This document shows, in pieces, positions 30,006 through 40,593 of a DNA stretch of 63,397 nucleotides. The stretch is from Bacteroidota bacterium. Its GTDB lineage: Bacteria > Bacteroidota > Ignavibacteria > UBA10030. The notes under the pieces are model-generated. The model was not told the DNA's origin, did not search any database, and saw only the letters and a list, made by a program, of their open reading frames with translations. The position numbers and the translations under genes were made by a program. The first letter of the stretch is position 1. Each line of letters opens with the position of its first letter. The stretch lies in the NCBI GenBank assembly GCA_016928255.1, contig JAFGLB010000076.1, positions 1-63,397 of the forward strand. Direction: 5' to 3'.

Positions 30006-31502
30006 ATGGAAGAACGCAAATATAATATCAGGATATTATCGGAAAATCGCGAACTGGTAGCGATAGATGAATTCCGTGTTGTCAAATCTGCCATTAACGT
30101 ACTTCTGGGTGAGTCGGGTATAGGCAAATCGCTGATATCTCTGGCAATTGCGGGATTGATTGATCCGGATGAGCTCGATGTGCATATCGACGGACGGCCG
30201 TATAGATCATACCTCAACAGTAAAGAAGCAATAGAAATAAGGCGGAATGGATTTTTTGTTTTTCAGGAGCCGTCATCGCATTTGAATCCTTTGAAGACAT
30301 TACGAATGCAGCTGCGCGAGGGCAGCCTGGAAGAAGCTCCTGGTGAAGAGAGTATTCTCAGGAAATTATGGCAGAACCCAAAACTCGCCGAATATGAAAA
30401 CATCCTTGATGTTTATCCCAAGCCGTACCGGCCGAGCGGCGGAGAAAAACAGAGAATTCTGGCGGCAATGGCATTTAAGAAGATGGCGTCGACTGCCGGC
30501 AGCAGCAAGGGATCGGTGTATTTTTTCGATGAACCGACGGGAAATCTTGATAACAAACTGCGCAATGAATTTCTTGATCTTCTTGTGGAAAATTTCGGTG
30601 AGAGCCGGCCGACTATATTACTCATAACGCATGATTATTCAATGATAAGCAGGTTTATCGGTAAATATCCGGCTATAGGAAAAAATATATACTACAGGGA
30701 ATTGATGCTTGAACATGGCAGGCTTAGGTTAAGGGATTTTCAACCGCGTGAATATCTGTTATGGCTGGAAAAGAGAGTCGCAGCAAAACCGCCGGCTGAA
30801 AAAAAAGAAATGATACTCCGGCTTCAGCCCGAAATAAAAGTATTCGGAAGAACTTTACACATCTCGCGCGATCCGGCAGGGAATACACCCGCGCCGCTTG
30901 TAATCCGAAAAGGCACGGTTACATATCTAAAAGCTCCCAGCGGGACAGGGAAAACTACGATTGTTAAGATAATGATGGGATTGATTAAATCAGAGAAAAT
31001 GTCGATGGAGCTGGGGGATACTGTGTACTCTGAAGAAACAAGCCGGAATGCCTGGGCAGGCCGGGTCTGGGGAAAACAGATGACCATGGTTTTTCAACAT
31101 GCCGATGAATCGTTGAACTTGAATTCCAAGGTAAAAGATGTATTCTCAGGCCTGCCGGTTGTGGGTTCGATGAGTAAAGAAGAAATTGCTGATGCAATTT
31201 CCGAATTGTTTGAAGAAGCACCAACCAGGGAGTTCCTTAATAAGAAAGTGCGATTTTTAAGCGGGGGACAGAAACAACGGCTGAATTTACTCAGATCGCT
31301 TATTCTTCATACAGATATAATTATTCTTGATGAGCCCCTGAACGGTCTGGATTTTTTAAGCGTTGCCAAGGTAATCACAATGATAGAAACAAAACTGCAG
31401 TCAGGTATAGGCATTATGGTGATCTCGCATAATGAAGAAGTATTTGATACGATGGTAGGGCCGGAAAACATTTATTACCTAAATTCTTCAAGCCTGGACT
31501 AA
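30006..31502 (+). CDS. fused double-NBD ABC ATPase
   Basis: NBD1: Walker A GESGIGKS, signature SGGEKQR, Walker B VYFFDEP. NBD2: Walker A APSGTGKTT, signature LSGGQKQR, Walker B IIILDEP. Confidence 0.9.
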   Translation: MEERKYNIRILSENRELVAIDEFRVVKSAINVLLGESGIGKSLISLAIAGLIDPDELDVHIDGRPYRSYLNSKEAIEIRRNGFFVFQEPSSHLNPLKTLRMQLREGSLEEAPGEESILRKLWQNPKLAEYENILDVYPKPYRPSGGEKQRILAAMAFKKMASTAGSSKGSVYFFDEPTGNLDNKLRNEFLDLLVENFGESRPTILLITHDYSMISRFIGKYPAIGKNIYYRELMLEHGRLRLRDFQPREYLLWLEKRVAAKPPAEKKEMILRLQPEIKVFGRTLHISRDPAGNTPAPLVIRKGTVTYLKAPSGTGKTTIVKIMMGLIKSEKMSMELGDTVYSEETSRNAWAGRVWGKQMTMVFQHADESLNLNSKVKDVFSGLPVVGSMSKEEIADAISELFEEAPTREFLNKKVRFLSGGQKQRLNLLRSLILHTDIIILDEPLNGLDFLSVAKVITMIETKLQSGIGIMVISHNEEVFDTMVGPENIYYLNSSSLD

Positions 31503-31509
31503 GAAGAAA

Positions 31510-31548
31510 GTTGACTCTCATATTGAATGAGGACAGTCTGAGGTCAAC
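31510..31548 (+). other. stem-loop just after the ABC ATPase stop (possible terminator, no T-run)
   Basis: gttgac-t-ctca (31510-31520) pairs with tgaggtcaac (31539-31548). Confidence 0.3.
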
Positions 31549-31570
31549 CTTCAACCAGCTTTAATTATTC

Positions 31571-31620
31571 GAAACCCGGAGGGTATTGCAGCAGATAGCC
31601 GTATGATTATCATACGGCAG
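31571..31620. repeat. dispersed ~50-nt intergenic repeat, copy B
   Basis: gaaacccggagggtattgcagcagatagccgtatgattatcatacggcag. It contains the hairpin gccgtatga-tta-tcatacggc (31598-31618) and lies between convergent genes. Confidence 0.75.
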
Positions 31621-31637
31621 TGATATAAGAGAACCGC

Positions 31638-32213
31638 CTATTGTTGAGGGTTTTGTATGCCTTCGCTATCGGATGACACTACATGAATATTGCTTTTCGA
31701 TATCCTGTCGTATAGCCGCGCATCGCGTTTAAACGGGTACCATTCGTAAAGCAGAAGTTCTGCAGGACGCCAGAAGGCAACCCATCCCAGTATGATCAGC
31801 GATTCACGTATAAGCGTTGTTAACCCGTTTTCAGGGAAAAATTTAACCTCCAGCTCTGTAATAGAAATAATTATTCCCAGGAAAAGAAAAGCAATAAGCA
31901 GACTCCTCCATCCGAATTTTAACGAATGCTTATATTGGATCAATGACTTTTCTTTAAGATGAATAAAATGATTGCGTATTGATTTTTCTATGATATCCCT
32001 TAGTTCACAGCTGTTGCCCGGGATAGAAATTTTCAGATCAATTATATCCCTCTTTTGAAAAGACGAGGCTTGTTCAACAATATAATCTTCAATATCCTCG
32101 TTTAAGCATCTTTTTCGATAATGAGGCGTATTCAAATTGATGAGTATTTCGTCAAGACTACGAATGTTGAGGTGAATTTCTTTTTTTCTTTTATTGTCAT
32201 TTATCATACGCAA
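31638..32213 (-). CDS. membrane protein, unknown function (two TM helices)
   Basis: 191-aa ORF. Hydrophobic segments WRSLLIAFLFLGIIISI and LIILGWVAFW. Sits downstream of the MscS gene on the same strand. Confidence 0.6.
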   Translation of the reverse strand: MRMINDNKRKKEIHLNIRSLDEILINLNTPHYRKRCLNEDIEDYIVEQASSFQKRDIIDLKISIPGNSCELRDIIEKSIRNHFIHLKEKSLIQYKHSLKFGWRSLLIAFLFLGIIISITELEVKFFPENGLTTLIRESLIILGWVAFWRPAELLLYEWYPFKRDARLYDRISKSNIHVVSSDSEGIQNPQQ

Positions 32214-32266
32214 TCCGTACTCAGTCAGAATGGAGAATATTCTAATACTTGTATGAAGAATTGAAT

Positions 32267-33355
32267 CTATTGATTGTCGGCTTTAGAATCAGAGTTCGAT
32301 GCCATAAAGACTGTTCTTGTCGGATAAGCAAATTCTATCTGTTCATGCTGAAAACGTTTAAATATTTCCAGGTTAATATTTTGCTGAATATCCATGTATG
32401 TATTATAATCCGGCGATGATACATAGTACACAACTTCATATTTCAGAGATGAATCGGCAAAATTCTTAAAATGGGCGCGGTCAAATCGGGCAAGCTTTTG
32501 GGCATCGATGATTTCTTTAATAATAGCCGGAATATTGCAGAGTTTATCGTAAGGAGTCTGATATACTACGTCTATTAAGAATACAATTCGACGCTCTGAC
32601 ATGCGTTTATAATTTCTAATTCTGCTTTGAATGAGATCGGTATTAGAGAAAACATTCTCTTCGCCGGAAAGACTGCGAAGTCTGGTGGTTTTTAATCCGA
32701 CATGTTCGACCGTTCCCATATATTCACCGACAATGATAAAGTCGCCTGTTTCAAACGGCCGATCCAGCAGGATAGAAAGTGACGCGAATAAATCGCCGAG
32801 TATATTCTGGAGAGCGAGTGCCACTGCAATGCCGCCGATGCCGAGCCCTGCTATTAGTGTTGTTATATTTACGCCGAGATTGTCAAGGGCCAAAAGGAGT
32901 ATGACACTCCACAGCAATATACGGCCGACCAGCCGGAAAATAGACTGAATCGATTTGTTTTCACCCGCCGCTATATCTCTTTTCGTCAGGATGTTAGTGA
33001 TAAAGAAACTAATTATGCGATTGCCCCAGATACCGGTCTGTAAAAGACTGATTAAGATCAGCAGAATTTCTATAGCGCTTGACGCTTTTGGATGAAGGAC
33101 GAGCACCTTTGATCCGCCGTAAACAGCGATGACGAGCATAGTGATCTTTTTCAGATCTTTAAGTATATCGACAAAAAGATCGTCAATTTTTGTGTTTGTT
33201 TTTTCTGCAAGCCGCTGGGCTTTCCTGAGAATAATTCTGCGGAGAACAATGATAAAAAAGAGTATTGCGCATGCTGTACCGGCTGAGATAAGCCAGTCTA
33301 ACACAGTGTTTTCAAGAAATATTATATCGAATATTTTCATAATTATGTTTAACAA
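32267..33355 (-). CDS. mechanosensitive ion channel, MscS family
   Basis: GIGGIAVALALQNILGDLFASLSILLDRPFETGDFIIVGEYMGTVEHVGLKTTRLRS is the MscS pore-helix plus beta-domain signature. Confidence 0.88.
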   Translation of the reverse strand: MLNIIMKIFDIIFLENTVLDWLISAGTACAILFFIIVLRRIILRKAQRLAEKTNTKIDDLFVDILKDLKKITMLVIAVYGGSKVLVLHPKASSAIEILLILISLLQTGIWGNRIISFFITNILTKRDIAAGENKSIQSIFRLVGRILLWSVILLLALDNLGVNITTLIAGLGIGGIAVALALQNILGDLFASLSILLDRPFETGDFIIVGEYMGTVEHVGLKTTRLRSLSGEENVFSNTDLIQSRIRNYKRMSERRIVFLIDVVYQTPYDKLCNIPAIIKEIIDAQKLARFDRAHFKNFADSSLKYEVVYYVSSPDYNTYMDIQQNINLEIFKRFQHEQIEFAYPTRTVFMASNSDSKADNQ

Positions 33356-33409
33356 TTTAGATGTTTGAAATAATTAACAATTAATTCATCAAAGAGAAAA
33401 AGAAGCTGA

Positions 33410-34957
33410 TTATTTTTGATTCTTCCAGATTATTTCATATAAATCCTTGCGTCTGTCTTCCCAGTTAAGCACGCTTCCGGTCTTGCGGTGTTTTTTCAGA
33501 AGCTCGAGATCAACTTCATCAAAAATTACTGTCTCAATATTAGGTGTTGCCTCGGCTAATATTGCATCGCGTGTAAAAGGGATATCCGAGGGTGTAAAAA
33601 TTGCAGATTGTGCATAATGAATATCAAGGTTCTCGACAGAAGGAAGATTACCCACGCAGCCTGCAATAACGGTATATACATGATTCTCGACACACCTTGC
33701 CTGAGCACAATATCTGATACGAAGATAAGCATAACGCTCGTCTGTTGAGAATGGAACAAACAGCATCTGAGCGCCGCGTTCTACTGCAAGACGGCTTATT
33801 TCAGGAAATTCAATATCGTAACAGACGAGAATGGAAATATTGCCTTTATCCGTTTCGAATACTTCCAGTGATTTTCCGGGCTTAACACCCCACCAGCGCT
33901 GTTCATTTGGAGTAATATGCAGTTTGTATTGTTTGCCGAGTGTTCCGTCCCTGCGGAACAAATATGAAATATTATAAAGATTGTCTCCCTCAACCGTAAA
34001 ATGCGACCCGCCTATAATATTGATATTGTATTTGACAGCAAGTTTAGTGAATAAGTCAAGATACTGCGGTGTAAACTGCGAAAGCTTGCGCATAGCTTTT
34101 GCAGGGCGTTCAGGGGGAAGAAATGATAAAAGCTGACATGTGAACATCTCCGGAAATACAATAAAGTCCGTACGGTAATCCGATGCAACATCCACAAAAT
34201 ACTCGCACTGCTGAGCAAAATCCTCAAAACTTTTAATAAGTCTCATCTGATATTGAACAGCGCATATTCGTACAGGGGCGACACGTGTGTACAATTGGCC
34301 CTTATCCGGAATGTAATCCAAGTTTGTCCATTCAAGAAAAGTCGCAAATCCGCGCGATTCTGTATCTGACATCATATAATTCGGAATGAGGCGTTTCAAT
34401 ATGAATCCGTTGGACAATTGAGTTGTAAGAACGGGATCAAATAAAGATTTGCTGGTAACTTTATCGACATATTCGCGGGCACTCATGCGCGAAGCGTGCT
34501 TTCCGTAACCGGGAATTCTTCCGCCGATTATTATGCGCATAAGATTATACCGCCTGACAATGTCTTTCCTCGCATCATAGAGGCGCCGTGCAAGTTTTAA
34601 CCCGCGGAATTCAGGATCAACCATGATCTCAATTCCGTACAGCGTATTGCCTTCCAATGTGTGATTTCGTATGAAACCGCCGTCGGCAATCTCTTTCCAG
34701 CTGTGCCAGGCAGTATACAGGTCGAAATCAAGAACAAGACTGCTTGAAGAAGCGACTATCTTATTATCATACTCAACACATATCTGTCCTTCGGGGAATA
34801 TAGCAATCTGGCTTTCCATCTGTTCCCTTGACCAGGCTTTCATGCCGGGGAAGCATTTTTCCTGGAGTGCTGTTATCTGCTCATAGTCGTCCATCTTGAT
34901 TGGCCGGATGATAATTTTAGTCTCAAAATTCTTCAGATTGATTTTTTTCATAATCAT
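33410..34957 (-). CDS. bifunctional GNAT acetyltransferase / carbon-nitrogen hydrolase (nitrilase superfamily) fusion
   Basis: The N-terminal roughly 200 aa are GNAT-like. The C-terminal half carries the nitrilase triad context [21 protein letters not shown]. Confidence 0.8.
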   Translation of the reverse strand: MIMKKINLKNFETKIIIRPIKMDDYEQITALQEKCFPGMKAWSREQMESQIAIFPEGQICVEYDNKIVASSSSLVLDFDLYTAWHSWKEIADGGFIRNHTLEGNTLYGIEIMVDPEFRGLKLARRLYDARKDIVRRYNLMRIIIGGRIPGYGKHASRMSAREYVDKVTSKSLFDPVLTTQLSNGFILKRLIPNYMMSDTESRGFATFLEWTNLDYIPDKGQLYTRVAPVRICAVQYQMRLIKSFEDFAQQCEYFVDVASDYRTDFIVFPEMFTCQLLSFLPPERPAKAMRKLSQFTPQYLDLFTKLAVKYNINIIGGSHFTVEGDNLYNISYLFRRDGTLGKQYKLHITPNEQRWWGVKPGKSLEVFETDKGNISILVCYDIEFPEISRLAVERGAQMLFVPFSTDERYAYLRIRYCAQARCVENHVYTVIAGCVGNLPSVENLDIHYAQSAIFTPSDIPFTRDAILAEATPNIETVIFDEVDLELLKKHRKTGSVLNWEDRRKDLYEIIWKNQK

Positions 34958-35202
34958 ACCCTTTAGTAATACTAATATAAAAGCAAACTATTCATTATCA
35001 AGGAAAACAGTATCGGCAATAGCTTAAGACAGGCAGCAAAGTTAAATGCCAGATTCAACTGAAACAAAAATGCAGTATTAACCGGCACATTATGTCAATT
35101 ATAATCTTTAATCATCTAAACCATTTCGCCCGGTCGTTTATCGCTTTTTGAGAATCATTTTAAGAGAATAGAAATGATATTTATATAAAGATGTATTGTA
35201 GA

Positions 35203-36096
35203 TTATTCTTTCACTGTGGGCGGAGTATTTTGTTCGCTCTTCGTGCCGAGAATATGGATATCTCGCTGGGGGAAGGGGATCTGGATCCCGTTCTGATTGA
35301 ATTTATCATATATGGCAAAATTGAGTTTGCTTGTAAGCAGACCTTTCCGATGTGTTAGAGTATTTGTCCATGCCCGGAGTTCGAACAACAGGCCGCTGTC
35401 TCCGAATTCCATGAAACGCACCCCCGGTTTAGGGTCTTCAAGCACTTCCTTTTCTTCTTTAGCAACACTGATTAGAAGCTGTTCTACAAGTTTTACATCA
35501 CTTCCATATGCAACGCTGACCGGAATTTTAAAGCGCACTTTCTCGTCGTTATGACTCCAGTTGATAACGTTTTCTGAAATAAGGGTCGAATTTGGAATAA
35601 TGATCGTTATGTTATCGTTGGTTATAACCGAAGTACTGCGCGCGCCGATATGCACCACGTCTCCTTCTATACTGCCGACTTCAATTCTGTCCCCGATTTT
35701 AATAGGCCTTTCAATCAGAATAATAATACCACTGATGAAATTATTTGCTATGTTCTGCAGACCAAATCCTACGCCTATACCGATCGTTCCGGCAAGGACA
35801 TTCAGTGTTGTCAAATCTATACCGGCAGTCTGAAGGATGATTAACATTCCTATAAAAATTAAGACATAGCGGAAAATTGTGCCGATCGTCAGGCGCATAC
35901 CGATGTGCATACTGCTGTGTGAAAATAATCTGTCCGAAATCCATGTCCTGAGCTTGCCGCTTAAATAGATGAGCAGGACAAATAAAACGGTAAGATACAA
36001 AAATGTCCAGAGTGTAAGATGAGATTCGCCTATTGTGAAAATGGGAATACTCAGTAATTCTTTAATTGATTCGGCAATGCGCTTGATTGTTTCCAT
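35203..36096 (-). CDS. mechanosensitive ion channel, MscS family (second paralog)
   Basis: GIGVGFGLQNIANNFISGIIILIERPIKIGDRIEVGSIEGDVVHIGARSTSVIT. Confidence 0.88.
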   Translation of the reverse strand: METIKRIAESIKELLSIPIFTIGESHLTLWTFLYLTVLFVLLIYLSGKLRTWISDRLFSHSSMHIGMRLTIGTIFRYVLIFIGMLIILQTAGIDLTTLNVLAGTIGIGVGFGLQNIANNFISGIIILIERPIKIGDRIEVGSIEGDVVHIGARSTSVITNDNITIIIPNSTLISENVINWSHNDEKVRFKIPVSVAYGSDVKLVEQLLISVAKEEKEVLEDPKPGVRFMEFGDSGLLFELRAWTNTLTHRKGLLTSKLNFAIYDKFNQNGIQIPFPQRDIHILGTKSEQNTPPTVKE

Positions 36097-36146
36097 AGCG
36101 TTTCACATAATTATTGAATATCATTTCTAATATATAAAAACATTTT

Positions 36147-37925
36147 TTAAAAAGGCCAGAAATAGGGAATAAATACAGTTGCGATGATCCAGAAAATTAT
36201 GTTCAGCGGAGTGCCGACTTTGATAAAATCTGTAAATCTGTATTGTCCCGCGCCGTAAATCATAGTGTTAGTTTGATAACCGACAGGAGTCATAAAACTT
36301 GCAGACGCTGCAAATGTAATAGTCATTAAAAGCGGTCGCGGATCAATATGAAGCGATTCTGCCGCAGCGATAGCTATAGGAGCAAGAAGTACTGCAGTGG
36401 CGTTATTAGACATGGTTTCAGTTAGAATTGAGGTTAATAAATAAAGTACCGCCACGACAGCAATAGGGCCAAAAGCACCTAATAGATTGATAATTATATT
36501 CGATATCAAAAGTGCGGCTCCCGTTTTTTCAAGGGCAACACCGAGTGTAAGTGCGCCTGCAAGAAGGAAAATTACCTTCCAGTCTATTGCTTTGTATGCT
36601 TCGTCAAGTGTAATGCATTTTGTAATAACCATTAATACACAGCCGCATATCGCACTGATAACGATTGGAAGTAATCCCATAGCAGCTGTTCCGATGACAC
36701 CTGCGGCGATTAGAACTGCAGTAAATATTTTTCTTTTCCGATAATTGGGAAGACCTACCTCCGAGACAAAAACAAATGCATCCTGCTCGCTCAGATTCTC
36801 AATATTTTCGTTGCTGACTTCAAGCAGAAGTGCATCACCGGCACGAAGTTTTACTCCGTTGAGATTTGTATGCAGTATATTGTCTCGGCGTCTTATAGCA
36901 AGAGCAGTGACGTCAAAAGTATCGCGAAAACGAGTTTGCTTAAGCGATTTGCCTTCAAGATAAGAATTGGGCGCAATGATTGCCTCTGCTAACGTTGTAT
37001 CTTCGCTCTGCAAATCATTATCTTTAAATTCATGGCTGGCCTTCAGTTTGATACCTTCACGTTCCTGTAATTTTTTTAGTTTTTCAACATCACCGGCAAC
37101 ACGAAGAACGTCATTTTCATTAATTATGAGACGAGAATCTGGAATGGAAAGCCGTTTACCGTCTCTGATAACTTCAACAATTTCGACGCCTACCTCTTTT
37201 GTAAGCGGAGATTTAGCAACCGACTTTCCTACTGTCGCTGCTTCTGGCAGGACGATAATTTCCGTTAAATACTGTCCCATGCCGAAACGTTGAGTAAGCT
37301 GATCATCTGTACGGCGTTTCGGTATCAATCGTATGCCGATAAGAAGCATATATAGAGTACCGACAGCGAAGAAAATAAGGCCTAGAGATGAAAATTCAAA
37401 CATGCCGAATTCACGCTGGCCGTGCCGCACAGCGATGGAACTGAGAAGAATATTTGTCGAAGTACCTATCAAAGTGCATACACCGCCGAACATAGATGCA
37501 AAGGACAAAGGCATAAGAAGCTGCGAAGGGCTCCTTTTTATTTCGCGCGCAACTCCAATTATTATAGGAATGAAAATTGCGACCACAGGAGTATTATTGA
37601 TAAATGCAGAAAGAGTTCCTGCAAGAACCATCATTATCAGTATTCCGAGCCAGAAGTTATACCTGAAAGCCCTGATTGTCCACTTGCCTATTTTATTCAC
37701 AGCTCCAGTCTTGAACAGCGCAGAACTCAATATGAACATTGCTCCGACGGTTATTGTTGCGGTATTGCTGAATCCGGAAATTCCTTCCTCCGGTGTAATG
37801 ATACCGCTGAGAAGAAGTATAGCCATAACCATCAGCGCGACAAGGTCTACCGGCAGTTTTTCGGACATGAAAAGTGCAACGGCTGTTACTATTACCGCAA
37901 AAACTATGATGATTTCAACTGTCAT
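36147..37925 (-). CDS. SLC13/DASS-type permease with two central TrkA-C (RCK_C) domains
   Basis: 592 aa. Membrane halves flank a soluble roughly 170-aa insert with two repeats: (L)[14 protein letters not shown]......[10 protein letters not shown] and [17 protein letters not shown]......[10 protein letters not shown]. Confidence 0.8.
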   Translation of the reverse strand: MTVEIIIVFAVIVTAVALFMSEKLPVDLVALMVMAILLLSGIITPEEGISGFSNTATITVGAMFILSSALFKTGAVNKIGKWTIRAFRYNFWLGILIMMVLAGTLSAFINNTPVVAIFIPIIIGVAREIKRSPSQLLMPLSFASMFGGVCTLIGTSTNILLSSIAVRHGQREFGMFEFSSLGLIFFAVGTLYMLLIGIRLIPKRRTDDQLTQRFGMGQYLTEIIVLPEAATVGKSVAKSPLTKEVGVEIVEVIRDGKRLSIPDSRLIINENDVLRVAGDVEKLKKLQEREGIKLKASHEFKDNDLQSEDTTLAEAIIAPNSYLEGKSLKQTRFRDTFDVTALAIRRRDNILHTNLNGVKLRAGDALLLEVSNENIENLSEQDAFVFVSEVGLPNYRKRKIFTAVLIAAGVIGTAAMGLLPIVISAICGCVLMVITKCITLDEAYKAIDWKVIFLLAGALTLGVALEKTGAALLISNIIINLLGAFGPIAVVAVLYLLTSILTETMSNNATAVLLAPIAIAAAESLHIDPRPLLMTITFAASASFMTPVGYQTNTMIYGAGQYRFTDFIKVGTPLNIIFWIIATVFIPYFWPF

Positions 37926-38041
37926 ATTTACGGTCTTTATTCTTTTTAGTCTTGTTCAATTAATCAAATATTTCTTTTGAAGCTGTCAGGCAGTAAGGTA
38001 AGAAAAGGAAGCAAAAGATAAAATAAATAATAGGTTTTTTT

Positions 38042-39436
38042 TTATTTACTATTGTCTGTGTGATCCCCTGATCCGCGCCCTCCCTGTATGCGGCTTACGA
38101 GTTTCTCTATAAATCCTATGAACCGAAATACCAGTCCAGCCAGGCTTTTCTTCCGAGGGATGTATGATGTCTGTATATCTTCAAGCTCTTTGCCGATTTC
38201 GACTTTAAGTGATGGGGATTTTGATATAGAAAGAACCTGAGATGGATAGACGCTTCTATGTCCGGTTATGAGGAAACTGATAACACATGCAACTGTTGCA
38301 TAAGGAGCAATCTGGGGACCGAATAATTCAACAGCCATAATGCTTGCAGCAATAGGTGTATTTGCTGAACCTGCCAGAACACTGACCAATCCGATTGCCG
38401 AAAATGTACCCAGATTTAAATTCATAACGGTTGCGAAGAAAAGTCCTGCTGTTGCACCGATAAAAAAGATTGGTGTAACTATACCGCCGCTTCCGCCGAA
38501 GTTGAGTGTAATTGAAGTAAAAACAGGTTTTAGCAGAAATGCATACCAATCGGCAGTCTCACCCCGAAAAGCACCCTCGATTGTCTGTAATCCAAGTCCT
38601 AGATAGTTTTTTGAAAATATTAAAGCAAGTATAACAAGAAAAATGCCTCCGATTAGGCCTTTAAAAGGTGTCCAAATTTTTATACGGTTGGAAATCTTTT
38701 CACCCGCTTTAAGCGTTTCTATCAGAATGATTGAGCATATTCCAAAAAATAATCCGGCGAGCATTACCTTTAGAAGAAATAACTCGGTAAAGACGGGAAC
38801 GACATTCACCTGACCATGAAAATAAGTCACTCCAAGCAAAGAAGTCACCTGGTAAGCCGTGATTCCGGCGATGAAAGAGGGAAGAAGCACTTCGTAAAGA
38901 ATAGCACCGACGAATAATACTTCGACTCCGAAAATTGAACCGGCAATGGGCGTTCCGAAGACGGCTGCGAAACCGGCGCTAATTCCGCAGACCACCAATT
39001 TTTTTCTGTCGTGATCGTCGAATTTGAAAATATCGCTTAGGAATGAAGTCAATCCGGCGCCGATTTGTGCACATGGACCTTCCTTGCCGGCGGAACCGCC
39101 GGTTGCCAGAGTTATAATCGTGGCGGCAAGCTTTACAGGAACAACCGGCAGAGCAATTTTGCCGGAACGTTTATGGATTGCTTCTATTACTTTCTCTGTT
39201 CCATGGCCTTCCGCATCAGGAGCCAGATATTTTACGAGAAGCGCACTAGCGAATAATGCAAAAGGAATAAAAAGGAAAGTATAAGTTGACTGCCGCCCCA
39301 GATTTGCAGCCAGATCGAGTAAATTAAGAAATAAAGCAGCCGCTGCGCCCACAATACCTCCCGCTACGGTTGCCAGAAATACCCATTTGATAATACTTAT
39401 AAATAATACTGTCGATTCTGTAATTCGTCTTTTCAT
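38042..39436 (-). CDS. ClC-family voltage-gated chloride channel / H+-Cl- antiporter
   Basis: GGSAGKEGP (selectivity-filter G(K/R)EGP), GTPIAGSIFGVE, GGIVTPIFFIG. ATG 39436 is preferred over the TTG at 39475. Confidence 0.88.
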   Translation of the reverse strand: MKRRITESTVLFISIIKWVFLATVAGGIVGAAAALFLNLLDLAANLGRQSTYTFLFIPFALFASALLVKYLAPDAEGHGTEKVIEAIHKRSGKIALPVVPVKLAATIITLATGGSAGKEGPCAQIGAGLTSFLSDIFKFDDHDRKKLVVCGISAGFAAVFGTPIAGSIFGVEVLFVGAILYEVLLPSFIAGITAYQVTSLLGVTYFHGQVNVVPVFTELFLLKVMLAGLFFGICSIILIETLKAGEKISNRIKIWTPFKGLIGGIFLVILALIFSKNYLGLGLQTIEGAFRGETADWYAFLLKPVFTSITLNFGGSGGIVTPIFFIGATAGLFFATVMNLNLGTFSAIGLVSVLAGSANTPIAASIMAVELFGPQIAPYATVACVISFLITGHRSVYPSQVLSISKSPSLKVEIGKELEDIQTSYIPRKKSLAGLVFRFIGFIEKLVSRIQGGRGSGDHTDNSK

Positions 39437-39632
39437 AATAGTATTTGTATTGAATAAATATGCTTTAAAATACAAAATTATTTCGACTTAGTTGTACCTT
39501 ACCGGTAACTTATTATTACCGGCCTGCATAGAATAGTTTTTTTGATTGCATCTATAAAGAGATCCTATCAAAAGGCCGGAACTATTTCATAACTCGCTTA
39601 GTTGTAATAATAATAAAAAAAGGAACACAATT

Positions 39633-40175
39633 ATGAAACCGACGAAAGAATTGAAGCATGAACATGAAATAATTCTGTATATGTTGTCAGGAGCAGAACG
39701 ATTGATGAAATCCATTTTATCAACCGGGGAAGTAGATGCCTCAAAAGTATCGAGCATAATAGAATTCTCAAAAATATTTACCGACGGGTGCCATCATTCA
39801 AAAGAGGAAAAACACCTGTTTATTAAACTCGTCGAACGCGGTATGTCGAAAGAACAGGGACCGGTTGCAGTTATGCTGAACGAACATCAAGCCGGAAGAG
39901 ATTTGATCAGGCGCACGGAAGCTGCATTAAAGGATTATGATGCAGGAAAAAAGGAAGCCGGCGAAAATATCGGTAAAGCTTTACTGCAATATATCGAACT
40001 GCTCAGATCGCATATAGCTAAAGAGAACAATATTTTATTCCCGATGGCTGACAGATTAATGACAGCAGAAGACAAGCAAATGCTCGAACAGTCGTTTAAG
40101 AAAGTAGAGGAAAAAGAAACAGGCGCCGGTGTTCATGAAAAGTACCATCGTATGGCTCATGAAATTGCAGGATAG
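39633..40175 (+). CDS. hemerythrin-like (HHE cation-binding) domain protein
   Basis: LKHEHEII..., CHHSKEEKHLF, MLNEHQAGR and HIAKENNILFP give His/Glu-rich four-helix motifs typical of PF01814-type proteins. Confidence 0.75.
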   Translation: MKPTKELKHEHEIILYMLSGAERLMKSILSTGEVDASKVSSIIEFSKIFTDGCHHSKEEKHLFIKLVERGMSKEQGPVAVMLNEHQAGRDLIRRTEAALKDYDAGKKEAGENIGKALLQYIELLRSHIAKENNILFPMADRLMTAEDKQMLEQSFKKVEEKETGAGVHEKYHRMAHEIAG

Positions 40176-40478
40176 TATTTAACTAATACGGTCAAGGAGA
40201 AATTCTGTTTTTTAATAATTAAATTCTCCTAAAAAAAGAATCGATATATTAATAACAACAATCTTTGATTGTCATTTATATAATTCTTATCTTTTATTCA
40301 CGTAAAAGAAAGACGGGATTTGTCAAACTGCTGTAGTTGTTTTTTCCGTCAGCTATTTACCGGTTGATGATCTTGGTCGTTTTGAACCTGCTTCGGTCAT
40401 ACTTTAGAGGACCTTTAAGAATATTCCTTGGATAATAGCTTCTAATAAGTTTCGAATATTGGATTAAAAGTTACTGCA

Positions 40479-40592
40479 ATGAGTACAAGTGCAATTATAA
40501 TGATGATAGCTACATGGACGGCTATTTTGGGAATGTTGATATATTTATTCACAAAAATGCACAGGAAAGAACAAAAAAAGAAAGAGATATAA
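40479..40592 (+). CDS. unannotated 37-aa single-TM mini-protein (candidate)
   Basis: MSTSAIIMMIATWTAILGMLIYLFTKMHRKEQKKKEI. Below the ORF-track length cutoff. TM plus a basic tail. Confidence 0.35.
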   Translation: MSTSAIIMMIATWTAILGMLIYLFTKMHRKEQKKKEI

Positions 40593-40593
40593 A

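Noticed and set aside
37333-37980. Long + strand ORFs (215 aa and 175 aa) inside the SLC13 gene. Similar long antisense ORFs occur at 22108..22650, 24812..25363, 26563..27054, 54210..54677, 55901..56380 and 58430..58858.
   Set aside because: All lie entirely antisense to strongly supported genes and have low-complexity or Ser/Pro/Arg-rich shadow-frame composition with no motifs.
39437-39632. Fluoride (crcB-motif) riboswitch upstream of the ClC gene
   Set aside because: I read the minus-strand leader and found none of the conserved riboswitch segments. The channel also carries the canonical GKEGP filter of ordinary ClC proteins rather than the ClC-F type.
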